From the NCBI GenBank assembly GCA_965366815.1, contig CBDUGV010000001.1:10916-74915 (forward strand): 64,000 bases of DNA. Direction: 5' to 3'. This document shows positions 1-8,785 of the stretch, piece after piece. A program made the position numbers and the translations under genes. Numbering within the stretch: position 1 is the stretch's first letter; the number at the start of each line of letters is the position of its first letter. A model generated the notes under the pieces. The model did not search any database, had not been told where the DNA came from, and saw nothing but the letters and a program-made list of their open reading frames with translations. The stretch comes from an uncultured Bdellovibrionales bacterium (GTDB lineage Bacteria > Bdellovibrionota_C > UBA2361 > SZUA-149).

Positions 1-155
1 AGCTAAATGTTTCTACTTTGAGTCCGGAGCTACGCTCGACATTTGAAACAATATCAGAAATTTTTCCAATGCTTGAAGACGATCGAGCACTCGAAGGTGA
101 ATTGCGGGCCGTCATAGACTTAATCCGTGACAAAGCATTCACTTTGTATCAATAG
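1..155 (+). CDS. partial CDS (3' end only); possible acyl-carrier-protein-like C-terminus
   Basis: Open frame from the window edge to TAG at 153-155. Translates ...VSTLSPELRSTFETISEIFPMLEDDRALEGELRAVIDLIRDKAFTLYQ; the helix pattern loosely resembles the ACP DSLD-helix region. Sits directly upstream of KAS/KR genes. Weak. Confidence 0.25.
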   Translation, partial: LNVSTLSPELRSTFETISEIFPMLEDDRALEGELRAVIDLIRDKAFTLYQ

Positions 156-182
156 AACGTCACGCGCGACAGCAAGGTTGTA

Positions 183-1805
183 ATGGATACGACCAAAAAC
201 CTCTCCCCAGATGTTGTCATTCTAGGCGGTGGATTGGCCGGATTAAGCCTTGCGCTCCAGCTCAAGCAGCAATCTCCTTCGATAGATATCTGCGTTTTGG
301 AGCGGCGCTGTTTCCCCATGCCAGAGGCGGCTCATAAAGTCGGAGAATCCACTGTTGAACTCGCGACACATTATTTTGCTGATGTGCTCGGGTTAAAAGA
401 ACATCTCGATACCGCGCAGCTACCGAAGCTTGGCTTGCGATTCTTTTTTAGTGCTGCGGAGAATCAGCAGATCGAGAAACGTTTGGAGGTCGGTGCACGA
501 GCCTTTCCACCCACGGCGAGCTATCAACTCGATCGCGGCATTTTTGAGAATTTCCTCGCCGATCGCTGCAAAGCGATGGGAATCACTTTGCTCGATGGGG
601 CCAAGGTGCGCACTGTGGAACTCGGAGAAACCAAGCACCAGGTATCGCTGCGCTGGGGTTCAGAAGAGCTGGCGATTCCATGCAGCTGGGTAGTCGATGC
701 GACGGGACGTGCCGCGGTGTTAAAACGTCAATTGGGCCTACAACAAAAATCCGATCACAAAGCGAACGCCGCCTGGTTTCGCGTTGATTCTAAAATAGAC
801 GTGCAATCTTGGAGCGATGACGCTGATTGGCAAGCTTTCAGTGAGAGTTCTCGTTGGTATAGCACCAATCATCTAATGGGAGATGGGTATTGGGTTTGGC
901 TTATCCCACTCTCTTCTGGAGCAACCAGTATTGGCATAGTTGCCGACGATCAGCTTCACCCACTCTCTTCATTTAACACCTTGGAGAAAGCACTTGCCTG
1001 GCTCGAAGAACATGAACCGCAGTGTGCTGCCAAGATTGCCGAGGCTGAGGCTGAGGTAATCGATTTTATTGCACTCAAACAGTACTCGCATGACTGCAAG
1101 CAGGTTTTTTCATCCAAGCGCTGGTGCCTTACCGGAGAAGCTGGTGTGTTCCTCGATCCCTTTTATTCGCCCGGAAGCGATTTTATCGCAATGAGTAATA
1201 CCTTTATCTGCGATCTCATTGTTCGAGACATCAGTGGTGAGCCATTTGCAGCCCAGGCAACTTTCTTCAACGATTTGTATCTCTCGCTCTATCGGAATAC
1301 TGCTACGATTTTTCAGGATCAATACAAGCTGTTTGGGCACCCGGAAGTAATGCCCATGAAAATAGTTTGGGATTTCGCAACGTATTGGACTTTTATGGCG
1401 TTCCTCTTTTTCCAGGGTAAGCTTTGCGATTTCAGTGCATTTATCGGAATGAGAAAAGACCTCGACCGAATAGCTGCATTAAACGCCTATATGCAGCGCT
1501 TCTTTCTCCAATGGCATGAGCAGGCACCTAAAGATTCGAACGCTTCTGGCCGCGTCGATCTTTTTTCCGTCGGCTACCTCCACGATCTCAATGTCGGACT
1601 GACGAAAGATGTCCAGCAGGGACTCAGCACCGAAGAAGTGCAACAGCGGCTTGCCGAAAACACCGAGAAACTCGAGCAGCTCGCGGTGGAAATGGTGACT
1701 CGCGCTACTAAAAGTCACCCAGAACTACAATCCGAGGAGTTGCCAGGTAAAGCAGCAACTCCGCATGCACAATTGGATCGATTCTGTGCCGGAATTCGCT
1801 TATAG
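183..1805 (+). CDS. flavin-dependent halogenase (tryptophan-halogenase family FAD enzyme)
   Basis: N-terminal GxGxxG FAD motif (ILGGGLAGLSLA). WxWxIP signature of flavin-dependent halogenases (GYWVWLIPL). Conserved Lys in AHKVGEST. 540 aa. Confidence 0.7.
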   Translation: MDTTKNLSPDVVILGGGLAGLSLALQLKQQSPSIDICVLERRCFPMPEAAHKVGESTVELATHYFADVLGLKEHLDTAQLPKLGLRFFFSAAENQQIEKRLEVGARAFPPTASYQLDRGIFENFLADRCKAMGITLLDGAKVRTVELGETKHQVSLRWGSEELAIPCSWVVDATGRAAVLKRQLGLQQKSDHKANAAWFRVDSKIDVQSWSDDADWQAFSESSRWYSTNHLMGDGYWVWLIPLSSGATSIGIVADDQLHPLSSFNTLEKALAWLEEHEPQCAAKIAEAEAEVIDFIALKQYSHDCKQVFSSKRWCLTGEAGVFLDPFYSPGSDFIAMSNTFICDLIVRDISGEPFAAQATFFNDLYLSLYRNTATIFQDQYKLFGHPEVMPMKIVWDFATYWTFMAFLFFQGKLCDFSAFIGMRKDLDRIAALNAYMQRFFLQWHEQAPKDSNASGRVDLFSVGYLHDLNVGLTKDVQQGLSTEEVQQRLAENTEKLEQLAVEMVTRATKSHPELQSEELPGKAATPHAQLDRFCAGIRL

Positions 1806-1832
1806 AATTTTGGAGCTGAGGTACTGCGTTCG

Positions 1833-3059
1833 ATGAGCAAGGCAACAGAAGCAACTGCAGCGGGAAAGACGGGCTATCGGCTTGCTGCCCTTGGCATGAT
1901 CAATGCTCTCGGACAAAGCGGAGATGAGATCTACGAGCGACTGCTCGACGCAGACACAAGTGTGCTAACGAAGCGAGACGATCTGATTCCCAATCGAGAA
2001 GTCTTGGTTGGCCAGGTACGAGCGCCACTACCGGAGATTCCAGAGGAGTTCAGCGACTACGCCTCGAGAAATTCACAACTAACTGCAGCAGCCTATCAGC
2101 AGATCGCCGCTGAGGTGCAGCTTGCAGCTCAGACCCATGGTGCCCATCGAATCGGAATTGTCCTTGGGTCGAGCACCTCTGGGATTGCCGAAAGTGAACG
2201 AGCGATAGAGCACTTGGTTGAGACCGGTTCCATGCCAAGCGACTATCGGTACTCTCGACAAGAGATCGGCAGCGTTGCAGAGTTTTTGTCGAAATACGCC
2301 GGATTAACTGGACCAAGCTACACGGTATCAACTGCTTGCACCTCGAGTACGAAAGCGTTTCTATCAGCTCGCTCGTTGCTCGAGAACGATCTGTGCGACG
2401 CGGTAGTCGTTGGGGGTGCTGACTCACTTTGCAAGTACACCCTTAATGGATTTAACTCGCTCGGACTTCTTTGTGAGGGAATCAGCAATCCCTTTAGCGT
2501 ACATCGCTCAGGAATCGTGATTGGAGAGGCGGCTAGTTTGTTCCTACTGACAAGAGAGGCTGGAGGAATTCAGTTATTAGGCGTAGGACATTCCGCCGAC
2601 GCATATCATATGTCGACTCCGGATCCTGAAGGCAAAGGTGCTGATAGCTCCATGCGCATGGCATTGCAGGACGCAGATCTCGCCCCGAAGGATATCTGCT
2701 ATATCAATTTACATGGAACGGGTACACCAGCGAATGATTCAGCTGAGGCAAGCGCAGTTCGAAAGATTTTTTCCGAAGATACACCTTGTAGTTCAACTAA
2801 ACCGTTGACCGGTCATACACTTGGAGCAAGTGGAGCGACGGAAATTGGCTTTTGCTGGCTCTGCCTCGAGAGACAACTGCAAGAAGGCATCCCCATACCT
2901 CCTCATAGCTGGGATGCGCAGGTTGACGAGCAGTTTCCGAGTCTGCGATTAGCAACAAAAGGACTGCACCTTCGCGCAGATGCGCCGATGGCGTTCTTGA
3001 GTAACTCATTTGCGTTTGGTGGGAGTAATTGCACAGTAATAATAGGCCGCGAGGGCTGA
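1833..3059 (+). CDS. beta-ketoacyl-ACP synthase (KAS I/II family, FabB/FabF-like)
   Basis: Active-site Cys in GPSYTVSTACTSS. HGTGT and GHTLGASG His motifs. About 410 aa. Confidence 0.85.
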   Translation: MSKATEATAAGKTGYRLAALGMINALGQSGDEIYERLLDADTSVLTKRDDLIPNREVLVGQVRAPLPEIPEEFSDYASRNSQLTAAAYQQIAAEVQLAAQTHGAHRIGIVLGSSTSGIAESERAIEHLVETGSMPSDYRYSRQEIGSVAEFLSKYAGLTGPSYTVSTACTSSTKAFLSARSLLENDLCDAVVVGGADSLCKYTLNGFNSLGLLCEGISNPFSVHRSGIVIGEAASLFLLTREAGGIQLLGVGHSADAYHMSTPDPEGKGADSSMRMALQDADLAPKDICYINLHGTGTPANDSAEASAVRKIFSEDTPCSSTKPLTGHTLGASGATEIGFCWLCLERQLQEGIPIPPHSWDAQVDEQFPSLRLATKGLHLRADAPMAFLSNSFAFGGSNCTVIIGREG

Positions 3060-3505
3060 TGACCGTACCAGAAATCGAAAATAACACGTTTCCGGCGATT
3101 GCTGACTGTCTTCCCCATGCGGGCGAGATGGTGCTACTCGATGAGATCCTCGCCGCCGGTCAAGAGTTCGCTGAATGCAGTGTGGTCGTTGGAGCCGATA
3201 GCTTGTTGCATACGGCAGTGGCGGAAGTACCTGTTTGGGTAGGCATCGAGTACATGGCACAATGCGCGGCGATTTTTGCTGGTTTATCGGCGAGCGACGA
3301 CGGACCGAAAGTCGGATTTCTTCTTGGGTCCCGCAAAGTGACTTGTTCGACCGAAGCATTTTATCCCGGACAAGAGCTCAGGGTACGGGCGGAAATCGCT
3401 GGCACCTTTGGAACTATGTGCTCATTTAATTGCAGTGTTGTTGATCGTAAGACGAATGACGTGCTCATTACAGGTAAGTTGAATGTCTACCTCCTCGAAG
3501 ACTAA
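3059..3505 (+). CDS. hotdog-fold 3-hydroxyacyl-ACP dehydratase-like protein
   Basis: Track ORF 3029-3505. Likely start is the ATG at 3059-3061 overlapping the KAS stop (TGATG). Small (about 148 aa) protein between KAS and ketoreductase, as in aryl-polyene/FAS-like cassettes. Family assignment is from context and size only. Confidence 0.45.
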   Translation: MTVPEIENNTFPAIADCLPHAGEMVLLDEILAAGQEFAECSVVVGADSLLHTAVAEVPVWVGIEYMAQCAAIFAGLSASDDGPKVGFLLGSRKVTCSTEAFYPGQELRVRAEIAGTFGTMCSFNCSVVDRKTNDVLITGKLNVYLLED

Positions 3506-4229
3506 ATTACAGCGTATTCTAGTGACTGGCTCAAGCCGTGGGATCGGTCGTGCCTGTGCCGAGCGCCTCGCTCGCGATGGATTTCATGTTATCCTTCACT
3601 GCGTACGTAATCTCGCAGCAACCCAAGAAGTTGCGGAAAACATTACTTCACTCGGTGGTGAGTGCTCCCTATTGCAATTCGATGTGTCAGACCGAGAGCA
3701 ATGTCGAACTTTAATCGCTGCGGAGATTGAAGAACATGGGCCGCTGTTTGGCCTCGTTTCAAACGCCGGTATTATATCTGATGCTCAGTTTACCGCACTC
3801 GCTGGAGAAGATTGGGATAGCGTCATTCACACCAACCTCGACAGCTTCTACAACGTAGTTCAGCCGATGGTCGGACCGCTCATCGCCTCGCGTATGAAAG
3901 GCCGAGTAGTCTGCATGTCTTCGATATCGGGAATTATCGGCAATAAGGGCCAGGTAAACTATAGCGCTGCAAAAGCGGGAATAATTGGTGCAAGCAAAGC
4001 GCTCTCTCAAGAGGTCGCGCGCCGTGGGATCACGGTAAATTGTGTCGCGCCAGGTTTGATAAAGACCGACATGGTCGCCGACGTTCCGCTTGAACAAGTC
4101 ATGCAACATATTCCGATGCGACGCCTCGGTAAGCCCGAAGAAGTTGCTGGAGTCGTATCCTTTCTTTGCTCGAGTGATGCATCCTATGTGACGGGGCAGG
4201 TTATCTCAGTCAATGGCGGGATGATCTAG
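3483..4229 (+). CDS. 3-oxoacyl-ACP reductase (SDR family, FabG-like)
   Basis: TGSSRGIGRA cofactor motif, NAG, catalytic YSAAK. 248 aa. Confidence 0.85.
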   Translation: MSTSSKTKLQRILVTGSSRGIGRACAERLARDGFHVILHCVRNLAATQEVAENITSLGGECSLLQFDVSDREQCRTLIAAEIEEHGPLFGLVSNAGIISDAQFTALAGEDWDSVIHTNLDSFYNVVQPMVGPLIASRMKGRVVCMSSISGIIGNKGQVNYSAAKAGIIGASKALSQEVARRGITVNCVAPGLIKTDMVADVPLEQVMQHIPMRRLGKPEEVAGVVSFLCSSDASYVTGQVISVNGGMI

Positions 4230-4297
4230 CGATGCAGGGCTATGAGAGCAAACTACTTCTCTGTCACCTAGTTGCTGCCTCAGAGTAGGAGAGACTT

Positions 4298-5086
4298 TTG
4301 ATTCGTCGTCGGTTTCAGTTGTTTGAGTTTGGAGACCAAGCCTATTTACCGGAAGCTGTTCGCCGGGTGTACCACGACTGTCTTGGTTTTGTCTCACGCG
4401 CGTGCGGGTTCTACGATCGGATGTATGTCCCGTTCTCAACTTGGACGAAAGATTCGCACGAACAAGCTGTTTTGGATCTTGCGTCGGGGGCGGCCGGACC
4501 AATTGAAACCATGTTGGGACGGGCAAAAGAAAACAACGTCAAACTGCCAAAAATCGTCCTCTCGGATCTCTATCCAAACGAAGAACAGTTTGAAACCTTA
4601 CGCAACAGATTCGGATCAGAACACGTCGCTTTTATGAAAGCTCCCGTTTCAGTTACCGATGCAAGCACAGAGGGATATCCTCTACTCAGCATTTGTGCGG
4701 CTTTTCATCATTTTCCCCCAGAGGTCGCACAAAGCATTATTGCGCAATCTATCAACAAGGGGCGCGGTATTTTCATTGTCGAACCGTTTGAACGCAAGTT
4801 CAGCACCGTTCTCACCACTGCGCTCATCGGTCCCCTACTTGGATTTGCATCTCCGTTCTTTCGCTTCCCCTGGCGCGCCCGGAATTTCTTACTTTGTAGT
4901 ATCTTCCCAGTTGTTCCACTGATGGTCGCCTTCGATGGGATTATCAGCGTTTTACGGAGCTACTCGAGCGATGAACTACAGGCGATGCTTCCCAAAGAAA
5001 GGCTCGATCAGCTCCGAGTACGTTCGGGGCGACTACCGACTCGTATACGGCAACCCGCAACTTTCTTCTACGCGATTCGTCGCTAG
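4298..5086 (+). CDS. putative class I SAM-dependent methyltransferase-like protein
   Basis: TTG start preceded by AGGAGAG. VLDLASGAAGP resembles MTase motif I, LSDLYP resembles motif II. Weak. Confidence 0.35.
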   Translation: MIRRRFQLFEFGDQAYLPEAVRRVYHDCLGFVSRACGFYDRMYVPFSTWTKDSHEQAVLDLASGAAGPIETMLGRAKENNVKLPKIVLSDLYPNEEQFETLRNRFGSEHVAFMKAPVSVTDASTEGYPLLSICAAFHHFPPEVAQSIIAQSINKGRGIFIVEPFERKFSTVLTTALIGPLLGFASPFFRFPWRARNFLLCSIFPVVPLMVAFDGIISVLRSYSSDELQAMLPKERLDQLRVRSGRLPTRIRQPATFFYAIRR

Positions 5087-5398
5087 AATGTCTGTTCAAG
5101 CAAACTCATGCGAGCCTGCCCTAAGTGTCCCACGATCTTGCCTTTGCTCACGTCGGCGCGGCCAATATTTCTATCTGGCTTACACATCTCCTGTTCTTTT
5201 CAGGGCTTGAGGACCAAGACAAACGAAGGAGTCACCCACAATTAGAATTTAAGGTAATAACTACAGATAGTTACAGATTGTCATAATTGCACTCGGCGTG
5301 TTACCAAATTACTACCTAATAATTTGCTATCCTTTGACATTATTTCCGCATGAATTCGCATAACATATCACGTGTGAGTAAATTGGTGTGAGGATGCA

Positions 5399-5785
5399 AT
5401 GAAGATGAGGGCTACGGCAGTCGCAGCACTCTTATGTATGGGCGTATTGGCAATTACGCCACTGGCCCATGCGGAGGCAGAAAGACATTCATCAGTTGAC
5501 GAAGAGCAGACTTGGCTCGTCAAACGACGACAATGGCTCGCCGATCGATGTTCGCGTAAACCGAAAGACCCGCGGTGTCGCCGTTACCTCCAGCAAAGAG
5601 CGGCGATGCAAGTTGAACGAACAACTGTCATTCTCGATTGTGAATCCGATCCCTATGACAAGCGCTGTATCAATGTTGATCGCATGCAGGAGCGCCAGCT
5701 CAGATGGAAAATGCGTTCAGAGCTTGGCGCCTACTGCCGTGAAAATCCAGATGTGCCTCGCTGTCAAAAAGACAACTCTGAATAA
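5399..5785 (+). CDS. secreted Cys-repeat protein (hypothetical)
   Basis: Signal peptide MKMRATAVAALLCMGVLAITPLAHA. Three tandem C-x8-C units (CSRKPKDPRC, CESDPYDKRC, CRENPDVPRC). Lies downstream of a 310-bp AT-rich intergenic region. Confidence 0.5.
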   Translation: MKMRATAVAALLCMGVLAITPLAHAEAERHSSVDEEQTWLVKRRQWLADRCSRKPKDPRCRRYLQQRAAMQVERTTVILDCESDPYDKRCINVDRMQERQLRWKMRSELGAYCRENPDVPRCQKDNSE

Positions 5786-5893
5786 CTACCCCAAACACCT
5801 ACCCCATTCAGCGCATGAGCGATTCTCGGCCGAGTCTTAAATAGTCCAATCACCTGTTGAACCAGTACTCGAGTCCTCGAAGCGAGGCTTCAG

Positions 5894-7789
5894 CTATACC
5901 GAAGGGGCATCAGGAGTCATTGCTGAGTACGAATGTAGCCTGGCATCCGCTTTGCCATTCTGATGATACGGCAAGGCACCATATCGGCGATTGCGTTTTA
6001 GAAAATCCAGTAAGCAGGAGCGGTAGAGCAGTTCATCAAAATCTGGCCAATACTCAGGTATAAACAGCAATTCGCTATATGCCGCTTGCCAAAGGAGAAA
6101 GTTCGATAGACGTCGCTCCCCACCCGTGCGAATGAGTAGATCGGGATCGGGTACATCCGGTGAATACAGAAAACGACGAATCTCTAAACTGTCGAGTTCC
6201 TCTGGAGTAACTTCACCACGAGCTACCCTATCGGCGACTGTGCGCAGGGCTGAATCTATCTCATGTCTACTACCATAGGAGATAGCCAGGATAGCATCGA
6301 GAGAGTCGCAGTTCTCGGTTAAGGCTTCGCAATCAGCAATGAGCTCTTGCAACACCGGAGAAAGCCGCGAGCGGTCGCCAACTACCCGCAGGCGAATGTT
6401 GTTTTCAACTAATTTCTCCTGCTCTGTTCTTAGATATCGCTCCATTAACCGAAAGAGACCATCAACTTCAGCCTGTGGGCGAGACCAGTTCTCGGTCGAA
6501 AAAGCATAGAGCGTCACATAGCGAACGCCCAATCGCTTCGACCACTCAATAATTTGCTGTACCCTTTGAATACCAGCGGCATGCCCCTGCAAACGTGGCA
6601 ATCCACGAGCCCGGGCCCAACGACCATTGCCATCCATAATGATTGCGACATGCTGAGGAGCTTTCCCTGGGAGCGGCTTCGGCTCAGCACCTTCACGAGC
6701 ATCAGAAAAAAATGCGATCACTACGGTTCCACATAGCCAACCAAAGGGAATATAACCGAGATACCCCAAGAGCGGCATCTCGAACACATGAAACACATCG
6801 ACATAGGAAACGTGATAAACCCATTTCGGGGCACTGTAGAAGTTCCACATCTCCCATAAAAATCCACAGAGGAGACCTCCTCCCGACCAACAAATGAGTG
6901 AACGGCTATCCCCGTGTATCAGATCCGAATACACATGACGCTGTGCGCATATCTGTTGGAATGCGGGGACTGCAAATGCTGGCGCAAGCCAAACCATCGG
7001 GTAGAGCTCTGTCGGATAGTGGACAAGTAGTATCAAGGGTATTAATGACCCGAGAAGCAAACACCACCAAAAGACACGATCTTGCAGCATAGGAATGGCA
7101 CAGCTGGTAGAAATGAGCGTCAGCCGCTCTAACAAAAGTTCACAGAGTTCTTTGCTGACGTGAACCGCTGGGAGCACAGTCGCAAATGAAAAACTCGCAA
7201 GTACTATGTAGCCAAGCGGCGAAATTGTTCCTAGCTCGATATAGGCCCAATTCTCAACCACTCGATTCATGTATTCGAAACTCCACCAAAAGAGAGCGCT
7301 CACCGGGAAAAGCAGTAGATAGGCCATGGGGCGGCGATGGAATGGCGCTGTGCCGGAGAGGCAAATGCAAAGCGCATTGGCGAAAAAAATATAGCCAAAC
7401 CAGATGCCGCTAAAGGTGAAAAAGCGCAGAGTATTCTCTTCCGAGGCAAAACCCCAAGCAGTAACCCAAGAAGCCAGCATGAGAACTAGCGAGAAATACC
7501 CCCAGATTGGGAATGCTGCGACAACTGGTGGAAGGGTACATTGATGATCGAGTGAATCCATCACGCGTTCAAATAACACGATGCAGCAAGTTGCGATGAA
7601 TAACAAACCGAGTACAACTAACCACAGCGACGTGGGCTGGTGGTCAATCCGTGTAGAGACTGGAGGGAATTCAAAAAGGTGTTCATACGGCACCCCGAAC
7701 TGGAGCCCGCTCAGCACAACTAGTACAGTACACACCAGCATTCCAAGGCTCGCGACTGAGGCGTTTTTGTACTTGTTCAGCGCGATCAA
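5894..7789 (-). CDS. fusion protein: N-terminal polytopic membrane domain (about 390 aa, unknown) + C-terminal undecaprenyl-diphosphate synthase (cis-prenyltransferase)
   Basis: C-terminal domain has canonical UppS motifs HVAIIMDGNGRWA, YAFSTENWSRP, RTGGERRLSNFLLWQ. N-terminal part is multiple hydrophobic helices. Confidence 0.8.
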   Translation of the reverse strand: MIALNKYKNASVASLGMLVCTVLVVLSGLQFGVPYEHLFEFPPVSTRIDHQPTSLWLVVLGLLFIATCCIVLFERVMDSLDHQCTLPPVVAAFPIWGYFSLVLMLASWVTAWGFASEENTLRFFTFSGIWFGYIFFANALCICLSGTAPFHRRPMAYLLLFPVSALFWWSFEYMNRVVENWAYIELGTISPLGYIVLASFSFATVLPAVHVSKELCELLLERLTLISTSCAIPMLQDRVFWWCLLLGSLIPLILLVHYPTELYPMVWLAPAFAVPAFQQICAQRHVYSDLIHGDSRSLICWSGGGLLCGFLWEMWNFYSAPKWVYHVSYVDVFHVFEMPLLGYLGYIPFGWLCGTVVIAFFSDAREGAEPKPLPGKAPQHVAIIMDGNGRWARARGLPRLQGHAAGIQRVQQIIEWSKRLGVRYVTLYAFSTENWSRPQAEVDGLFRLMERYLRTEQEKLVENNIRLRVVGDRSRLSPVLQELIADCEALTENCDSLDAILAISYGSRHEIDSALRTVADRVARGEVTPEELDSLEIRRFLYSPDVPDPDLLIRTGGERRLSNFLLWQAAYSELLFIPEYWPDFDELLYRSCLLDFLKRNRRYGALPYHQNGKADARLHSYSAMTPDAPSV

Positions 7790-8151
7790 GACTTCACCGG
7801 CTTGGCCAGAGGCGAAACGGATTCGGTTTTCTCGAGCGCACGGGCTCGTTTTGCCGCCTGCTTCAAGACATTCTCCAATACGCTCAGGTATTCCAGAAAC
7901 TGTTTTCGACCTGATGCAGTCGCAGAGATAGTAGTGCGCGGTTTCGATCCGACAAATCCTTTCTTAATCTTTACAACTCTGGCTTTTTGCAAGGTGGAAA
8001 GATGTCGACTGAGATTTCCGTCGGTTAAACCACAGGCCGACTTTAGATCGTTAAACGCCGCACCCTCCGGCGTACCGCAGAGTTCCGACATAATGGCGAG
8101 CCGATTCGGTTCATGAAACAGTTTCTCAAGTGCATCATACTCGATTGACAT
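7786..8151 (-). CDS. ArsR/SmtB-like winged-helix transcriptional regulator
   Basis: Track ORF extends to 8304 but overlaps the upstream gene. ATG at 8151 (MSIEYD...) sits 1 nt past the upstream stop. HEPNRLAIMSELC ... GNLSRHLSTLQKARVV fits the ArsR HTH pattern. The 3' end overlaps the start of the UppS-fusion gene (ATGA-type overlap). Confidence 0.55.
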   Translation of the reverse strand: MSIEYDALEKLFHEPNRLAIMSELCGTPEGAAFNDLKSACGLTDGNLSRHLSTLQKARVVKIKKGFVGSKPRTTISATASGRKQFLEYLSVLENVLKQAAKRARALEKTESVSPLAKPVKS

Positions 8152-8155
8152 ACTA

Positions 8156-8785
8156 CTCAACTCCCAGTTCAAATGAAGTTCGTCCTCGCTCTTGCCGGCG
8201 AAGAAAATATCCCGCAAACAATTCACCGACAAAGAAAACAATCGCCATTGGCCAAGGGTTGGTAAATGGGATACTCGGATGAAAGATGACGAGGAGTGCC
8301 CCACAGGAAATGTAGTACAAGCCGACGTACCACATCGCTATCGGCAGGGAGCGACGAGAGGAAACATTCACCAGACCGTAGACACACATCCACACTATAA
8401 ACAGCAGATCATAGGCACCATATTTGTAGAGCGCCGCAGTACAGATTCCACCCACCACAAGCGGTGGAAGTGCATCAATCGCTGGACGCAAGAGCAAGAG
8501 TTCTCGCTCGCTTTGTCGCCGATACCAAATACCGAGAGCACCGTAGTTCAAGAGAATACCGATGAGGCAGACAAGTCCCCAGCCAAGAAAATGCATTTCA
8601 ACTTCTTTGGGAAATGTTGGCGTACTCATGATCGCGGCACAGAGAATCGCCGCAGAACCGCCCAAAACTCTCGCAAACCCCGAATAGCCTTGAAATTCCT
8701 GGTTTTCAATTACGCGAGCCCGAAGTTCTCGCACCTGATCAAGAGCGTGATGTATGTGATTAAACACTAAGCCGTCCGAAGTCAT
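8156..8785 (-). CDS. integral membrane protein (hypothetical)
   Basis: Multiple hydrophobic helices. First gene of the minus-strand operon 8785->5894. Confidence 0.5.

Noticed and set aside
430-693. Antisense and alternate-frame ORFs within the halogenase gene (e.g. 420-638, 430-693)
   Set aside because: Fully contained in a longer ORF with strong motif support.
3029-3058. Upstream extension of the dehydratase ORF
   Set aside because: Overlaps the KAS C-terminus; ATG at 3059 overlapping the KAS stop is the more plausible coupled start.
7786-8304. 172-aa form of the ArsR-like regulator
   Set aside because: The first 51 codons overlap the upstream membrane-protein gene; the ATG at 8151 follows that gene's stop by 1 nt.
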